From: Octopus sinensis
Lineage: Eukaryota
Reading direction: 5' to 3'
Length of the DNA: 64,000 nt
Assembly (NCBI RefSeq): GCF_006345805.1
Contig: NC_043008.1
Span: 72,416,001 to 72,480,000, forward strand
Part shown: positions 61,735-64,000 of the stretch, piece after piece
How the letters are laid out: every line of letters begins with the position of its first letter
Numbering within the stretch: the first letter of the stretch is position 1
Translations under genes and position numbers: made by a program
The notes under the pieces: model-generated
Told to the model about the DNA's origin: nothing
Databases searched by the model: none
What the model saw: the letters and a program-made list of their open reading frames with translations, nothing else

Positions 61735-64000
61735 GATGCATGGTCAGAGATTTAGGGATATCCTCATTGAGATATTTGATGAGAGGGTGAAGGAGCTACA
61801 GACTTGGGACATAGAGGGTAACTGGAAATTCCTATGGGACAGCTTACTGAGCATCATAAACCAAATCTGCAGTTGGTGCAAAGTCCCTGCCAGACCTAGG
61901 GTAATGTGGTGGTGGAATAATACGGTTGACAAGGCCATTGGAGTAAAGAAACAGGCCTGGAAAACCTGGAAGAGTGGGAGTAGCATGGAACTGTACCAGA
62001 TAGCCAGAAGTGAGGCCAGGAGACATATATATATATATAGTCAAGGAAGAATCAGAAAAGAAGAAGTTTTCTAGTGCTCAGCAACATGAGGACCAAAGAA
62101 CCAAAGTATTTTGGATTACAAGACAGTGTGTGAGAGAAAATTGTGATGTTACAGGAGAGAAATATCTGCATGGATGATGGTGCACTTGCTTTTACTGATT
62201 CTGCAAATAAAGACGCTTGGAGATGCCATTATGAAAGGCTGCTGAATATAGAGAATGAATGAGAGGAGGAGAGCCTGCCAAATGTTGACCCATTTGGGGT
62301 ACCAGCTATGAGAATCGATAGCACCCTGGTAGATAAAGCATTTAAGGATATGAAGACAGGAAAAGTCCCTGGCCCATCAGGAATCACTGCTGAGGTGCTT
62401 AAAGTATCTGGTGGTGTGGGTTATGGTCTAGTCACTTGTATTGTAAATCAGGTAGTTCACGAAGGAGTCATACACAATGACTGTTGTAGTAGCACCATAG
62501 TCAATTGCTAGAAAGGAAAAGGTGAAGCTTTAGATAGAAATAACTACAGGGGTATGAAACTGCTGGGTCAGGTAATGAAGATCATGGAGAGCATCTTAGC
62601 CCAACTAATTAGGGAGAGAGTCTGCTTAGATGATATGCAGTTCAGTTTTGTGCCAGGTAGAAGCATCACTGATGCTATATTCCTGGCAAGGCAACTGTTG
62701 GAGAAATGTCTAGCTAAAGATAAACTCCTAGACTTGGCTTTTGTTGACTTGGAGAAAGCGTTTGACAGGGTCCCCCAATCCCTTATCTGGTGGGCGATGT
62801 GTTTCAAGCCCACCAGATAAGGGATAGGCAGGTGGTTAATAAGAGCTGTACAGGGATACTGTCAGTAAGGTAAGGGCCAGCAATGAGTATAATGAAGAAT
62901 TCCAGGTAGAAGTAGGAGTTCACCAAGGATCAGCCCCCATCTCCTTCTTATTCATCATAGTCCTCAAGGCAATAACAGAAGAATACAAGACAGGCTGCCC
63001 CTGTAAACTCCTCTATGCTGATGACCTTGCTCTCATAGCTGAATCATAACCAGAACTAGAGAGGAAGCAAAGTTTAGAATCAAAGAGCCTTAGAGTCAAT
63101 GTTGCAAAAATCAAAGTCCCAGTAAGTAGGAAGGCAAACAAATCACAAACCGCTTCAGGTAGATGGCCCTGCTCAATCTGTAGAAAAGTTGTTGGTAGAA
63201 ACTCCATAAGATGTACTGAGTGTAAGCTATGGATGCATAAGAGGTGCAGCAACATCAAAGGAAGGTTAACCAGGATGATAGCTTTTGTGTGCAGCAGATG
63301 CACAGGGGCAATAAACACCAAAGAGCTGTGTGAAGAAGTGTCATTCCCTAGCAGTGGAAAGAACCCATGGAAGGGGGAGACCCAGGAAGACATGGGATAA
63401 GGTGATGAAGTGTAACCTTCGAACGTTGGGCCTCACAGAGGTGATGACAAGAGACTGAAACCTCTGGAGATAAGTTGTATTTGAGAAGACCAGGCAAGTA
63501 AAGTAAGATCACTGCTGTAGCCTTTACCAGTGTTGCATAACCAGCCCTTTTAAAAAGTACCTTTGAATCATCGGGTGACATGCCAAGCTTGAGGAGACAT
63601 ATTGAGTCAAGTAAAATCAAAAATCAAAATCAAATTAGAATCAGAATCTCAATTAAACCGAAATAAAAAATGGAAATTGTAGTTGTGGCCAATGCCAGTG
63701 CCGCCTGACTGGCTCCTGTGCTGGTGGCACACAATAAGCACCATTCATGCATGGATTGTTGCCAGTGTCACATGACAGGCTCCCCATGCAGGCGGCACGT
63801 AAAAAGCACCATCTGAACATGGTTGATGCCAGCCCATCCTGACCAACCCACCGCTCCAACTGGGTCCTATGCTGGTGGCATGTAAAAAGCACCATCTAAA
63901 CATGGCCAATGCCAGTATTGCCTGACTGGCACCTGTGCCGGTGGAATGTAAAAAGCACCCACTAGACTCTCAGAGTGGTTGGCATTAGGAAGGGCATGCA
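61735..64000 (+). mobile_element. RTE-clade LINE, 5'-truncated, internally deleted
   Basis: Translates to KTGKVPGPSGITAE, NYRGMKLL, MQFSFVPGRSITDAIF, AFVDLEKAFDRVP, GVHQGSA, LYADDL, a C4HC3 finger and GRPRKTWD. The 3' UTR carries tandem hairpins. Confidence 0.92.

Noticed and set aside
63690-63960. CRISPR-like repeat-spacer appearance
   Set aside because: The spacers are homologous to each other, the array sits in a LINE 3' UTR in eukaryotic DNA, and there are no cas genes.

Overview
Repeat-saturated, AT-rich eukaryotic DNA, most likely an octopus (cephalopod) intronic or intergenic region. That assignment is inferred from the SINE families, the RTE LINE tails and the very high (TA)n/(CATA)n/(TAGA)n density. 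There is no confidently identifiable cellular gene, and most ORFs in the supplied track are microsatellite translations. Recognisable elements are: Tc1, mariner, maT/DD37D, Tigger/Jerky-like and hAT transposon relics; RTE, CR1 and R4/Dong-like LINE relics; tRNA-derived SINEs; several MITEs; and two Penelope-like elements (PLEs) encoding RT plus GIY-YIG. The main result is a dense set of minimal type I hammerhead ribozyme (HHR) motifs: ten sites from six repeat families, ranging from near-intact to decayed. They include (i) a non-coding 557-bp unit in tandem with one HHR per repeat (retrozyme-like, predicted to release a 557-nt circularisable RNA), and (ii) a composite of tRNA-like Pol III head, (AAT)n and HHR, one copy of which has an inversion junction exactly at the predicted self-cleavage site. 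Motifs were folded by eye. Decayed-element boundaries are approximate, and no database search or activity test was possible.
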